From NCBI GenBank assembly GCA_965225945.1, contig CBDDBZ010000032.1, positions 1 to 64,000 on the forward strand: 64,000 nucleotides of DNA, written 5' to 3'. Numbering within the stretch: the stretch's first letter is position 1; every line of letters starts with the position of its first letter. Source of the stretch: Alphaproteobacteria bacterium. Its GTDB lineage: Bacteria; Pseudomonadota; Alphaproteobacteria; GCA-2731375. Shown piece by piece: positions 47,541 to 57,787 of the stretch. The position numbers and the translations under genes are program-made. The notes under the pieces are model-generated. The model did no database searches and was not told the origin of the DNA. It worked only from the letters and a program-made list of their open reading frames with translations.

Positions 47541-48866
47541 TCAAAGCTCCGGCGCGCCATCCCGGCGGATCGCCTTCAGGCGACGATTGACCGCGAAACC
47601 CAGGATCGGGTCGGGTGGCAGCCAGGCCGCCGCGCTCAACGACAACTGCGCCGCCAGCAGCTCGCTGTCGGCGCCCACGATGTGGTCGGCCAGCAGGCGG
47701 CCGGTGATGCTGCCGCGCGCGACCGGGCCAGCGTCGCCGGCGACGACGCCGTGGACACCGTCCGCCAGGCGCCCGAAGAGCGCGCCCTGGTTTCGCGTAT
47801 AGGCGATGCCGCCGCCCCAGGCGTGCTCGAACTCGACATCGCCGAGCGCCGGCCAACGCGCCCGGAGCGCGCGGCGGTGATTGTCGCGCGCCGCCGCCGG
47901 CACCGCCGGATCGAGCGCCCTCGTGGGCGAATATTGGAAGGAATTGCGGATCAGAAGACGGCCGTCCCGGGTCAGCCGCACCGTGCTGCCGTTGTGAGAG
48001 GCGGGCAGCAGGCCCAGCTCGTCGGTCGCCGGGAAATGCCTCCGGCGCTCCTCCTCGCTCAGTCGGCGGGTCATGGAGGCGTAGGTGGCGATGGTGAGCA
48101 GGCGATGGCGGAAACCGCCGAGTCTCGCCGTATGGCAGCCGCCCGTCAGGATCAAGCGGTCCGCCCGCACCTCGCCGCAATTGCAATCGAGGCGGAAGCC
48201 GCCGCCTTGGCGGTGGATCGCCACCACCATCGTCGCCTCGCGCAGCTCGACGTTGAGGGGAAGCGTCGCCGCGAGACCCCGCACCATTGCCGCCGGCTGC
48301 ACCAGGGCGTTGCCCGCCGCCCAGAGGCCGGAGGTGTAGAAATCGGAACCGGTCAAGCGGCGGAGCGAGTCCGCGTCGTGGTCCTCGGTCTCGGCGCCGA
48401 TCCGCCGGTGCGCGGCGCGAATTTCGGCCAATTGCGCATCACCATCCTCGCCGGCGGAGACGTAGAGCCGGCCCCATTCGCTCCAATCGCACCTGATCTG
48501 GTGCTCGGCGACGAGGCGCCGCAGCTCGTCCACGCCGGCGCTGAGGATCAACGCATAGCGCCGCTCGAAGTCGTGGTCGGCGCCGCTGCCGACGCCGTGG
48601 GGGCTGTAGTTCAGGACGAAGCCCGAATTGCGCCCGGAAGCGCCGAGACCGACACGCGTCGCCTCCAACAACACGATCCGATCATCCGGCCGATGCTCGG
48701 CGAGACGCCGCGCGACGGCGAGGCCGCAGACCCCGGCGCCGATGATCGCCCAGTTCGCGCTCTCCCTGCCGTTGAGCGGGCGCGCGGGCCCGGGCGGCGG
48801 CAAGATGTTGTACCAGCCGCAGTCGGCGACCTCGCGAGGCAGGTTGCGGACGGGCCCGAATTTCAA
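47541..48866 (-). CDS. FAD-dependent oxidoreductase (DAO/PuuB-like)
   Basis: IIGAGVCG, GASGRNSG, HAWGG. Confidence 0.9.
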   Translation of the reverse strand: MKFGPVRNLPREVADCGWYNILPPPGPARPLNGRESANWAIIGAGVCGLAVARRLAEHRPDDRIVLLEATRVGLGASGRNSGFVLNYSPHGVGSGADHDFERRYALILSAGVDELRRLVAEHQIRCDWSEWGRLYVSAGEDGDAQLAEIRAAHRRIGAETEDHDADSLRRLTGSDFYTSGLWAAGNALVQPAAMVRGLAATLPLNVELREATMVVAIHRQGGGFRLDCNCGEVRADRLILTGGCHTARLGGFRHRLLTIATYASMTRRLSEEERRRHFPATDELGLLPASHNGSTVRLTRDGRLLIRNSFQYSPTRALDPAVPAAARDNHRRALRARWPALGDVEFEHAWGGGIAYTRNQGALFGRLADGVHGVVAGDAGPVARGSITGRLLADHIVGADSELLAAQLSLSAAAWLPPDPILGFAVNRRLKAIRRDGAPEL

Positions 48867-48894
48867 GGCCTTCGCCTCCGATCGCGAGCCGGCT

Positions 48895-49584
48895 TCAGCT
48901 CTCCAGGTTCAATCCCATGTCCCAAAACGCCGCCTCCAGCCGGGTCGCCCGGCGAAACGTCTCGGCCAGCGAGGGAAGGCGATGCTCTGTCGCCCGACGT
49001 GTTGCCAAGCGCTCCAACTGCTCGATCGCCCCCCTCGCCACCTCGCGGTATTCCGCGCCCGAGTACATCTCGATCCAGGCGGCATAGCGATTGCCCTCGA
49101 TCCCCGCCGCGAGGCTGGCGCCGATCTCTGCGTAGCCGACGACGCAGGGCGCCAGCGCGACATGGAGATCCAGAATGTCGCCCGACAATCCCCGCTCGAG
49201 CACGAAGCGGGTATAGGCCATGGTGGCCCGCGCCTCCGGCAGCGCTTCCATCTCCGCCTCGCTCAAGCCCCAGCCGGCGCAGAACTCGACGTGCAGGCTC
49301 ATCTCGACGTCGAGCAGGCCGTTCACGATATCGGCCGCGGCCCGCATCTCCGCCAACGACTCCGACTTGTAGACGGCGAGCGCGTAAGCCCGGGCAAAAT
49401 GGATCAGGAAGAGATAGTCCTGACCGAGATAGTGGCGGAACGCGGCTTCGGGCAGGCTGCCGTCGCCGAGGCCGCGGACGAAGGCATGGTCGACATAGTC
49501 GCGCCATTCCGCCGCGCATTCGCCCCTGAGCCGGGCGAAGAAGCTGTTGGCCGGGATCACGCTAGCCGCATCTGTCTCGCTCAT
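48895..49584 (-). CDS. tenA: TenA family thiaminase II
   Basis: YLGQDYLFL, LAPCVVGY catalytic Cys, LEAAFW. Confidence 0.9.
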   Translation of the reverse strand: MSETDAASVIPANSFFARLRGECAAEWRDYVDHAFVRGLGDGSLPEAAFRHYLGQDYLFLIHFARAYALAVYKSESLAEMRAAADIVNGLLDVEMSLHVEFCAGWGLSEAEMEALPEARATMAYTRFVLERGLSGDILDLHVALAPCVVGYAEIGASLAAGIEGNRYAAWIEMYSGAEYREVARGAIEQLERLATRRATEHRLPSLAETFRRATRLEAAFWDMGLNLES

Positions 49585-49588
49585 CGGC

Positions 49589-49924
49589 TCAAGCCAGCAG
49601 CATGTTGCGGGTGCTGGCCGGTAGTCGCACGGTCAGCCCGTCCAGCGCCTCGGTGATCTCGATCTGGCAGCCGAGACGAGACGTCTTGGTCAGGCCGAAG
49701 GCGAGATCGAGCATGTCGACCTCGTCCTCGCTCGCCGGCTCCAGCCAGCCATAGTGCTCCGGCTCGACCATGACGTGGCAGGTCGAACAGGCCATGCAGC
49801 CCTCGCAAGCGCCCTCGATGTCGATGCCGTTCAGGTGCGCGATCTCCAGCACCGTCATACCGATGTCGGCCTCCACCTCCTTGCGCTCCGCGCCGTCGGC
49901 ACTGACGAAGACCATCTTGGCCAT
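49589..49924 (-). CDS. fdx: 2Fe-2S ferredoxin (adrenodoxin/ISC type)
   Basis: [20 protein letters not shown]. Confidence 0.93.
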   Translation of the reverse strand: MAKMVFVSADGAERKEVEADIGMTVLEIAHLNGIDIEGACEGCMACSTCHVMVEPEHYGWLEPASEDEVDMLDLAFGLTKTSRLGCQIEITEALDGLTVRLPASTRNMLLA

Positions 49925-49984
49925 GCCGCTCGTCCCTTCCCCGGAAGATTTCGAAATCCCTACGTCGATGCGGCGTGAACGTCC

Positions 49985-51142
49985 TCAGGCGGCGTCGGCC
50001 GTGGCGCCCGGGCGATCGTGGATCTCGCGCCAAACCTCGACGAAGCGGTCGACATCGGCGGCGGTGCTGGCCCAGCCGAGACTGACGCGGACGGCGGTCA
50101 TCGCCTCGTCCTCATCGATTCCCATGGCTTCCAGCACATGGCTCGCGGCGATCTTGCCGGAGGAACAGGCGGAGCCGGCGCTGATCGCGACATGCGCGAG
50201 GTCGAAGGCCATGACCTGGAGGTCGGAACGGACCCCCGGCATCGAGACGCAGGTGGTGTTGGGGAGCCTCGGGGCAGCCCCACCGTAAACCCGCCGCGCG
50301 GATTCGATCTTGGCCAGCCGGCGCTCGATGTCGTCGCGCAGGCTGGCGAGCCCGGCGAAGCGGTCCAGCCCCTCGCGCGCGAGCTCGGCCGCGCGACCGT
50401 AGCCCGCGGCGCCGGCGACGTTCTCCGTCCCCGAGCGCCGCCCCTTCTCCTGGCCGCCGCCGACGATTTCCGCCGCCAGATCCATGTCCTGGCGCAAAAC
50501 CAGGGCGCCGATGCCTTGCGGGCCGCCGATCTTGTGGGCGGAGAGGCTCATCATGTCGACGTCGAGCGCCTGGATGTCGAGCGGAATCTTGCCCGCCGCC
50601 TGCACCCCGTCGCAGTGTACCAGAGCGCCGTGGCGATGCGCTATTCCGGCGATTTCCGCCACCGGCTCGATCACGCCGGTCTCGTTGTTGGCGAGCATGA
50701 CGGAAACGAGCACCGGTTTGTCGGCGGCCTGGAGCGCCGCCTCCAAGCCATCGAGCAGGACCCGGCCCTCGCCGTCGACCGGCAGGATCACCGCGCCCGC
50801 ATCGCGCAGCATCGCCGGCGCAAGCACCGCGCCGTGTTCCACCGACGAGACCATCAAGCGGCGATCCCCGACGCCCTTCAGCGCCAGATTGTCCGCCTCC
50901 GTCCCGCCCGAGGTGAAGATCACGTTCTCGGCCTCGGCCCCCACCAGGGCGGCGATCGCCTCGCGCGCGTCCTCGACGACGACGCGGGCCCGGCGGCCCG
51001 GCTCGTGCACCGAGGACGCGTTGCCGACCTCCGACATCACCTGGGCGACGGTCTCGATCACCTCCGGGCGAACGCGGGCGGTGGCGTTGTAGTCCAGATA
51101 GACGTAATTGCTGTCCACGGTTTTCGTCTTCCCTCGTCTCAT
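49985..51142 (-). CDS. iscS: Cysteine desulfurase (IscS/NifS type)
   Basis: YLDYNAT, FTSGGTE, SAHKIGG, SAGSACSSG; start may be GTG 51118. Confidence 0.92.
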   Translation of the reverse strand: MRRGKTKTVDSNYVYLDYNATARVRPEVIETVAQVMSEVGNASSVHEPGRRARVVVEDAREAIAALVGAEAENVIFTSGGTEADNLALKGVGDRRLMVSSVEHGAVLAPAMLRDAGAVILPVDGEGRVLLDGLEAALQAADKPVLVSVMLANNETGVIEPVAEIAGIAHRHGALVHCDGVQAAGKIPLDIQALDVDMMSLSAHKIGGPQGIGALVLRQDMDLAAEIVGGGQEKGRRSGTENVAGAAGYGRAAELAREGLDRFAGLASLRDDIERRLAKIESARRVYGGAAPRLPNTTCVSMPGVRSDLQVMAFDLAHVAISAGSACSSGKIAASHVLEAMGIDEDEAMTAVRVSLGWASTAADVDRFVEVWREIHDRPGATADAA

Positions 51143-51687
51143 TCGCCGGCGCTGACGCCGAGCAAGGCGCCATCGTCCTCAAGGCGGTGAATTCCGAGTG
51201 GCCGCGACGCACGCGCGCAAGCCGAAAGCCGGCCGGAGACCACGTCCTGGAGCGTGACCGAGCAGAGGAACCACTCCACTTGCGCGCCGAGCGCGGCCCA
51301 CAGGTCGTGCGTCGTACATTGCCGCCCCTCGGCCAGGCAGCCGGTTTCCGCCCGCTTCCGATCACAGCGGGTGATACGGACCGGCGCTTCCACCGCGTGC
51401 ACCACGTCGGCGACCGCGATTCGCTCCGGGGCGCGCGCCAACTCGTAGCCCCCGCCCGGGCCCCGGAAGCTCCGGACCACGCCGGCGCGGCGCAAGTTTC
51501 CGAAAAGCTGCTCCAAATAGGAAAGCGATATCTGCTGGCGCGCCGCGATCTCGGCCAGCGAGATCGGACAGTTCCCATGATGGGCGGCGAGGTCCACCGC
51601 CGCCATGACCGCGTATCTCGCGCGCGTCGAACCGCGTATCTCGCGCGCGTCGAGAACCGCGTATCTCGCGCGCGTCGAAAGTTTCAC
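51139..51687 (-). CDS. iscR: Rrf2-family regulator IscR with a 16-aa N-terminal insertion
   Basis: MKLST..RYAV, SLSYLEQLF, RGPGGGY, three Cys plus THDLW. Confidence 0.88.
   Translation of the reverse strand: MKLSTRARYAVLDAREIRGSTRARYAVMAAVDLAAHHGNCPISLAEIAARQQISLSYLEQLFGNLRRAGVVRSFRGPGGGYELARAPERIAVADVVHAVEAPVRITRCDRKRAETGCLAEGRQCTTHDLWAALGAQVEWFLCSVTLQDVVSGRLSACARASRPLGIHRLEDDGALLGVSAGE
51608..51678. repeat. Triple tandem repeat of a 23-bp unit in the iscR 5' end
   Basis: accgcgtatctcgcgcgcgtcga at 51608, 51631 and 51656. Confidence 0.95.
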
Positions 51688-51730
51688 CTGCCCCTTCCCC
51701 CCAATTTCGTCATGTGCATGGACCTGTCGC

Positions 51731-52477
51731 CTATTCGTCGCGCGTCGTCTCCTCGCCCTCGATCTCGCTACCCGGGGCCACCCATCCGGTGGCGCCCTCG
51801 ACGTTCCGTCGCTCCAATTCCTCGACCCGCATCGAGAGCGCCTGCACCCGATCCAACAGCGCGTCGGTGACACGCTGCACCGGGTCGGACAAGTCCGCGG
51901 GGGTGCCATAGGCCGCGAAGCGCTCCGACGCCTCGGTCCGGGCGCCGCCGCCCACGCGCCTGGCCGGAATGCCGACCACGGTGGCCCCCTCCGGCACGTC
52001 TTGCAGCACCACGGAGTTGGCGCCGACCCGGGCGCAACGGCCGACCGTGATCGGCCCCAGGATTTGCGCCCCGGAGCCGACGATGACCCCGTCCTTCAGC
52101 GTCGGGTGACGTTTGACGCTGCGCTGCTGGTCGGAATCGATCGAAGGCGCGATGCCACCCAAGGTGACGTCGTGGTAAAGCGTGACGTCGTCGCCGATCT
52201 CGCTGGTTTCGCCGATGACGACGCCGAGGCCGTGATCGATGAAGAAGCCCCGGCCGATACGGGCGGCCGGATGGATCTCGATCCCCGTCACCATGCGGCC
52301 GAAATAGGACAGCATTCGCGCCGCGAGGCGCCAGCGATGGCGCCAAAGGGCGTGTGAGGCGCGGTAAATCAATACCGCATGTAGACCCGGGTAGGTCAGC
52401 AGCACCTCGAGGCGGGAATTCGCCGCCGGATCGCGGGCCATGCCGGCGGCGATATCCTCTTTCAATACGTTGAACAT
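51731..52477 (-). CDS. cysE: Serine O-acetyltransferase
   Basis: [24 protein letters not shown], hexapeptide repeats. Confidence 0.95.
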   Translation of the reverse strand: MFNVLKEDIAAGMARDPAANSRLEVLLTYPGLHAVLIYRASHALWRHRWRLAARMLSYFGRMVTGIEIHPAARIGRGFFIDHGLGVVIGETSEIGDDVTLYHDVTLGGIAPSIDSDQQRSVKRHPTLKDGVIVGSGAQILGPITVGRCARVGANSVVLQDVPEGATVVGIPARRVGGGARTEASERFAAYGTPADLSDPVQRVTDALLDRVQALSMRVEELERRNVEGATGWVAPGSEIEGEETTRDE

Positions 52478-52555
52478 GACACCACCTGTTGTGCTAGATT
52501 ACAGATGCGTCCGAAGCTGCGTAAATTCGGGGCAATCTCTCGTTTGGTAGATAGT

Positions 52556-52580
52556 TTACCCGACTCGGCAGGTCAAGTAT
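52556..52580. promoter_or_regulatory. IscR type-1 box upstream of cysE-iscR-iscS-fdx
   Basis: TTACCCGACTCGGCAGGTCAAGTAT resembles the 25-bp IscR type-1 motif. Confidence 0.7.
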
Positions 52581-52661
52581 TGCCCCGGCCGGCGCTGCGT
52601 CGTGGAGCGAACGTCCACGATGCCTGAATGATGTGGAATGAGGGGTTCGAGAGACGAAGGT

Positions 52662-53312
52662 ATGCCAGAGATCATTTTCACCGGACCCGCCGGGCGGTTG
52701 GAGGGTCGATATCACCAGCACGACGAACGCACCGCCCCCATCGCCTTGGTGCTGCACCCCCATCCGCAGTATGGCGGAACGATGAACAACAAAGTCGTCT
52801 ACAACATTTACCAGACCTTCGTCGGACGAGGTTTCTCCACCCTCCGCTTCAATTTTCGGGGCGTCGGGCGCAGCCAGGGAAGCTATGACGGCGGTGGCGG
52901 CGAGTTGTCGGACGCGGCCTCGGCGCTCGACTGGATGCAAAGCACCAATTCGAACGCCAAGGGCTGCTGGATCATCGGCTATTCCTTCGGCGCCTGGATC
53001 TCGATGCAATTGCTGATGCGCCGGCCGGAAATCAGTGGCTTCATCTCGATCTCGCCGCCGGCCAACATCTTCGACTTCTCGTTTCTGGCGCCATGCCCCT
53101 CCTCGGGCCTGATCCTGCACGGCACGACGGACGAGTTGGTGCCGCTCGCGGACGTCGACAAGCTCCACGAGCGGCTGTCGCAGCAGCGCGGCATCGCGAT
53201 CGACTACCAGACCATCCGCGGCGCCGGCCATTTCTACGAGACGCAAATGGACAAGGTCGTCAACATCGTCGGCAATCACGTCGACGCGGCGCTGGCCCGC
53301 TTGGCGGCCTGA
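52662..53312 (+). CDS. Alpha/beta hydrolase (type commonly divergent from iscR in Alphaproteobacteria)
   Basis: HPHPQYGGTMNNKVV, FNFRGVG, GYSFG. Confidence 0.92.
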   Translation: MPEIIFTGPAGRLEGRYHQHDERTAPIALVLHPHPQYGGTMNNKVVYNIYQTFVGRGFSTLRFNFRGVGRSQGSYDGGGGELSDAASALDWMQSTNSNAKGCWIIGYSFGAWISMQLLMRRPEISGFISISPPANIFDFSFLAPCPSSGLILHGTTDELVPLADVDKLHERLSQQRGIAIDYQTIRGAGHFYETQMDKVVNIVGNHVDAALARLAA

Positions 53313-53343
53313 GTCTCGGCGCCGAGCGCGAGGCATCCGGGCA

Positions 53344-54114
53344 ATGCGGATCGCCACCTGGAACGTCAACTCGATCAAGGCGCGACTGCCGCGCGTCGTG
53401 GAATGGCTCCAGGAAACGGCGCCGGACGTGGCGCTGCTGCAAGAGATCAAGGTCCAGGACGCGGCCTTCCCCGCCGAGGCGATCGAGGAACTCGGCTACA
53501 ACGTGCTCGCCCACGGCCAAAAGACCTACAACGGCGTGGCGATCCTGTCGCGGCAACCGATCGAGGATCCACTCGTCGGCCTGCCGGGCGACGAGGGGGA
53601 CGAGCAGGCCCGCTATCTCGAGGCGACGGTCGGAACGGTGCGGGTCGCGGCGATCTATCTGCCGAACGGCAATCCGGTCGAGAGCGACAAGTTCGGCTAC
53701 AAGCTGGACTGGATGGATCGCTTGAAAAAACGGGCTGAAATCCTTTTGTCTATGGAAGAAAGCGTAGTTTTAGGAGGTGACTACAACGTTTGCCCCCTGG
53801 ACCAGGACTGCTACGATCCGGCGGCTTTCGCCGACGACGCACTCTGCCGGCCGGAGACTCGTTCTCGCTTCAGCGCACTGCTCAACCTCGGCCTCACCGA
53901 GGCCTTTCGCGCCCAACATCCGGGCGAAATCGCCTACAGCTTTTGGGACTACCAGGCCGGCGCCTGGCAGAAGGACCACGGTCTGCGCATCGATCATCTG
54001 CTGCTGAGCCCCGAGGCGGCCGACCGCCTGCTCGAGAGCGGCATCGACAAGCGGCCCCGGGGGCGCGAGCGACCTTCGGATCACACGCCCGTCTGGTGCG
54101 AACTCGCCGACTGA
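53344..54114 (+). CDS. xth: Exodeoxyribonuclease III
   Basis: ATWNVNS, LQEIK, YNGVA, GDYN, RIDH, SDH. Confidence 0.95.
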   Translation: MRIATWNVNSIKARLPRVVEWLQETAPDVALLQEIKVQDAAFPAEAIEELGYNVLAHGQKTYNGVAILSRQPIEDPLVGLPGDEGDEQARYLEATVGTVRVAAIYLPNGNPVESDKFGYKLDWMDRLKKRAEILLSMEESVVLGGDYNVCPLDQDCYDPAAFADDALCRPETRSRFSALLNLGLTEAFRAQHPGEIAYSFWDYQAGAWQKDHGLRIDHLLLSPEAADRLLESGIDKRPRGRERPSDHTPVWCELAD

Positions 54115-54124
54115 TCGCCGCCTC

Positions 54125-55318
54125 TCACGCCGTGGGGTCGAGCCCGAGGGGGAAGCTATTGAGCGTCTCCGCTCCGGTCTCGGTGATCACCACCTGATCC
54201 TCGAGCTTTACCCCTTCCTTGCCGCCCTCGCGGCCGATGAAGCTCTCCACGCACATGGTCATGCCCGCCACCAGCACGCCGTCGTAACCCTTTTCCGCGA
54301 AATCCTCCCGGTGCTTGATCGAGGGCCACTCGTCGGCCAGGCCGACGCCATGCATCAGCACGGTATAGCGGCGGGCGGCATATTCCTCCGGCACGACGTG
54401 GGACGCCTCGACGATCTCGCGGAACGTCATGCCGGGCTTGAGGATCGCCACGTTGTGCTGGATCTGCGCCAGCGCGCGGGCGTGAAGCTCGCCCTGGTCC
54501 GCCGTCGGCTTGCCGCCGCAGATCCAGGCGCGGCTGAAATCGGCGCAATAGCCGTAGGGGCCGATCAGATCGGTGTCGAAACTCACCATTTCGCCGCGCC
54601 CGATCGGGCGCATCGAGCACTCGCGAAACCAGGGGTTGGTCCGGGGGCCGGCCGACAGCAGCCGAGTTTCGATCCACTCGCCGCCGAGCCGAATGTTGAC
54701 CTCGTGCAGCTTGGCCCAGAGCGCGTTTTCCGTGATGCCGGGCTCCAACGCCCGCCACATCGCCCAACTGCCCTCCTCGGCGACGCGGATCGATGCCCGC
54801 ATCAATTCGAGTTCCTCGGCCGACTTCAGCGCCCGGGCGCGTTCCGCAACGCATTCGCCCTCGACGACCTTGATGCCCTTCGCGGCCAGTGCCTCGAAGC
54901 CCAAGATCCCCAGCCGGTCGACGCCGAGCCGCCGGTCGCCGTGACCGTGCTTGGCCATGAGATCGGCGATCTGGTCGGCGAAGAGACGGGCCTGCTCCTC
55001 GGAGCGGTCGCCGGCGGCAAAATGATAGTGCGACGCCAGTACCCGGTATTCGTCGATGGTGGGGAGATCCTCGGCGAGATGGGGGTGATTGGAGAAATCG
55101 AACAGGACGCAGGGTCCCTCGGCCGCGACGAAGACGCAGCGCGTCTCGTAGTGCGAGCACCAGACCTGCATGTTGGTGGCGTCGGTCGCGTAGCGGGTGT
55201 TGATCTGGTTGAAGAAGAGCGCCGCCGGCAGCCCTTGGCGCTTCAACTCGGCGCGGATCCGCCCCACCCGCTCCATCCTGACCGCGTCCAGGTCGATCGG
55301 TGGCGTCGTGTATTCCAT
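54125..55318 (-). CDS. M24-family metalloenzyme, DddP (DMSP lyase)-like
   Basis: RYATDATNMQVW, GEWIETRLL..GPRTNPWF.EC, FDTDLIG, HGVGLADEWP, VES, KLED. Confidence 0.75.
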   Translation of the reverse strand: MEYTTPPIDLDAVRMERVGRIRAELKRQGLPAALFFNQINTRYATDATNMQVWCSHYETRCVFVAAEGPCVLFDFSNHPHLAEDLPTIDEYRVLASHYHFAAGDRSEEQARLFADQIADLMAKHGHGDRRLGVDRLGILGFEALAAKGIKVVEGECVAERARALKSAEELELMRASIRVAEEGSWAMWRALEPGITENALWAKLHEVNIRLGGEWIETRLLSAGPRTNPWFRECSMRPIGRGEMVSFDTDLIGPYGYCADFSRAWICGGKPTADQGELHARALAQIQHNVAILKPGMTFREIVEASHVVPEEYAARRYTVLMHGVGLADEWPSIKHREDFAEKGYDGVLVAGMTMCVESFIGREGGKEGVKLEDQVVITETGAETLNSFPLGLDPTA

Positions 55319-55539
55319 AGCGCCATGCTGGCGCGGCGTGCGAACGGCTGCGGGTTCGACTTGCATCGGCGTTTACCTCCCGAGGTCCATACTTAATCCG
55401 GTCCAGTCCACCGTCCACTGCGTCAGCGACAGATTTGGTCGCGAATTCGCCATGCGTGGGCATCCGGCCGGCAATGGATCACGCGACCCCGCCTCGGCTA
55501 TGCTATGGTAGATCCCGAGACCATGAGCGAGGCAGGCAA

Positions 55540-56436
55540 ATGCTGATCAAGGATGTCTTGAAGTATCCGGCGCGGGCGATGTCGGAGGCGAAGCGCGAAC
55601 AGTTCGTCGAGGAAGGCTGTTGCGTGGTCGAAGGCGTGATCCCGCCCGAGTGGGTGGCGCGCGTGAAGGCGGCGATGGCCGAAATGATCGAGGCGAGCCG
55701 CGCCGTCGCCGAGAACGACGATCGTTTCATCTTGGAGAAGGACCATTCGGCACAGACGCCCAGGCTGCGCCGCCTCAACAGCCCGGTGGCGCATCACCCC
55801 GAGTTCTGGGAATTCGCTTCCCGATCGCCCTCCGCCGACGTCGCCGCCGACGTCTGCGGGCCGGACGTCAAATTTTACCATTCCAAGCTCAACTTCAAAT
55901 GGCCCGAGGGCGGCCACCGCTTCGACTGGCACCAGGACATCCCGGCCTGGCCGCACACCGACTACAGCCCCGTCACCATCGCCCTCTTCATCGAGGATTG
56001 CGGACCGGAGCAGGGGCCGATGCTGGCGATCCGGGGCACTCACAAGGGCAAGCTCCACTCGATGTACGACGCGGAGCGGAACTGGACCTTGAAGATCCCG
56101 GAGGAGAACATGCCCGCTGGCTGGCGCGACGACATGGTCGCCTTGAGCGGACCGGCCGGCTCGCTGGCGCTGCTCAACTGCCGGGTGATCCACGGCTCCG
56201 AGGCCAACCAGTCGGAGCGCATGCGCCCCTTGTTGTTGAACGTTTACAGTTCGGCCGATTCCTTCCCCTATAGGGTGCAGCCGCTGCCGAGCCCTCGAGA
56301 CGGCGCCATCGTGCGGGGCGGGCCCGCCCGTTATTCGTGCCACGATCCGCGCGGCTGCGAAGTGCCGCCCGACTGGTCCGGGGGCTATGTCGGCCCCTGG
56401 GCCTACCAGAACCGGGAGAAGGCGGCGGCCGAATAA
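55540..56436 (+). CDS. Phytanoyl-CoA dioxygenase (PhyH)-family Fe(II)/2OG dioxygenase
   Basis: KLNFK, WHQD, HGS..N.S..R. Confidence 0.9.
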   Translation: MLIKDVLKYPARAMSEAKREQFVEEGCCVVEGVIPPEWVARVKAAMAEMIEASRAVAENDDRFILEKDHSAQTPRLRRLNSPVAHHPEFWEFASRSPSADVAADVCGPDVKFYHSKLNFKWPEGGHRFDWHQDIPAWPHTDYSPVTIALFIEDCGPEQGPMLAIRGTHKGKLHSMYDAERNWTLKIPEENMPAGWRDDMVALSGPAGSLALLNCRVIHGSEANQSERMRPLLLNVYSSADSFPYRVQPLPSPRDGAIVRGGPARYSCHDPRGCEVPPDWSGGYVGPWAYQNREKAAAE

Positions 56437-56854
56437 TACCAACCGACGTAAGTCCCGGCCGGCCTTTTTTTGATCGCCGCCCGCGCGACGCGCCAGGGGA
56501 GCGGGGCGGCCGGGGCTAAAATGCGCCGAATTGCCGCGCGACATCGCGGATGACGACGTTTTCGAGCGCGTTTATAATGCGATCCGAATATTCCAAATAC
56601 CATCAAGATATTGAAATTCAACGCCGTTCCCGCTTCGCCGCGGCCCGGCCGAATGTCGTTCTGCAAAAAACGCCTCTCGGGCCTGAAAAACCTTAATACC
56701 GCATATATAGAAACAAGTGTTTTCCGCTGCTACGGTTGTATTTTGACACCAGATTTCCTACCTGGGGGATTATTGCCGCGATCGAAATTTCTTATCGACG
56801 AGTCCAGCCCTTGTCCGAGCCATCGCGCTGCGAGCCGAGCCCACCCGTGCCCCG

Positions 56855-57601
56855 GCGGCTGAACGCGACGCGCCACGGTCTCGCCGGCGCCGCGCCGGTG
56901 CTGCCCTGGGAGAACGCGGAGCAGCGCGCCCGAGCTCCTGGAGCAGCTTCGTGGCGAGCACGCCCCCGCCGGAGCGACGGAAAGCCATCTGGTCGAGGAG
57001 CTGGCGGACATCCTCTGGCGCCGCCGCCGGCTGCGCCGCGCGGAGGACGCGGCGCACCACGACCGCCTGCGGCGGATGACTTCGGACGGGGCCTCCCACG
57101 TCAGCTCCGGCGAGTTGGCCTGGCTGGCGACGCCGCTGCTCCTGGTCTCGGACACCTCCCGCGTCGCGCCGGGCGCCGTGCGCGCCGCCCCGCCTGGACC
57201 AGGCGGGGCGGCGCGACGCGCTGGCCGCGCTCGACGCCCGGCTCGAGGCGGCGCGCGCGGCCGGGCGCTACGCCGAGGGCGCGCGGGCCACCGAGGGCGG
57301 CATCGAGCGGCGTCTCGATCGGGCCTCGCGCGAGGCCTGGTATCGGGCGGCGGCGGAGACCCCGTGCGACCCTGGGGCCGAGCCGTCGCTCTTCGCGTGG
57401 CTGCACGAGACGCTCCTGCCGGCGCTCGACGCCCGCCGCGCCGTGCTGGTGCATGGCGATCTGATCCGCGACCACCTCTTCGCCAGCGCCCTCGACGAGG
57501 CGGCGCTGGAACGGCTGTAGCGCCATGACGCCACGCTCGACCGCAGGTTCGAGCGCACGCTCTCCATGCTGGTCAAGCTGAAGGCGCTGCGCGCGGCGTA
57601 G
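56855..57601 (+). pseudogene. Frameshifted conserved hypothetical protein (NAxRHGL type)
   Basis: RLNATRHGL..VLPWEN / EHAPAGATESHLVEELADILWRRRRL / LDRRFERTLSMLVKLK spread over different frames. Confidence 0.55.
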
Positions 57602-57787
57602 ACGATATTCGGGATCATGGGATCGGCTCCGAACGCGCTCGTGCGGGTCGGCGCCTGCGATTCGACGTTCGAGACCTGGGACCCCAGTCTTGGATGCCCA
57701 AATCCCGAGTGAAGGTGGTGGTGTCGGCCGCCCCTTCCAGGCATTACGGTGACAGTGCACTCAATTGACCTGGGTTCCACAATCTGA

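Noticed and set aside
51608-51678. Repeat cluster considered as a mini-CRISPR
   Set aside because: Units are directly adjacent (0-2 bp apart), have no spacers, lie inside iscR, and no cas genes are present
56440-56850. AT-rich intergenic region as possible sRNA, origin or terminator
   Set aside because: No recognisable RNA family, DnaA-box cluster or strong stem; only a weak GC palindrome before a T run
57700-57745. Possible tRNA/tmRNA 3'-end att remnant (minus strand ..CACCACCA)
   Set aside because: No T-loop GTTCGA or foldable acceptor stem
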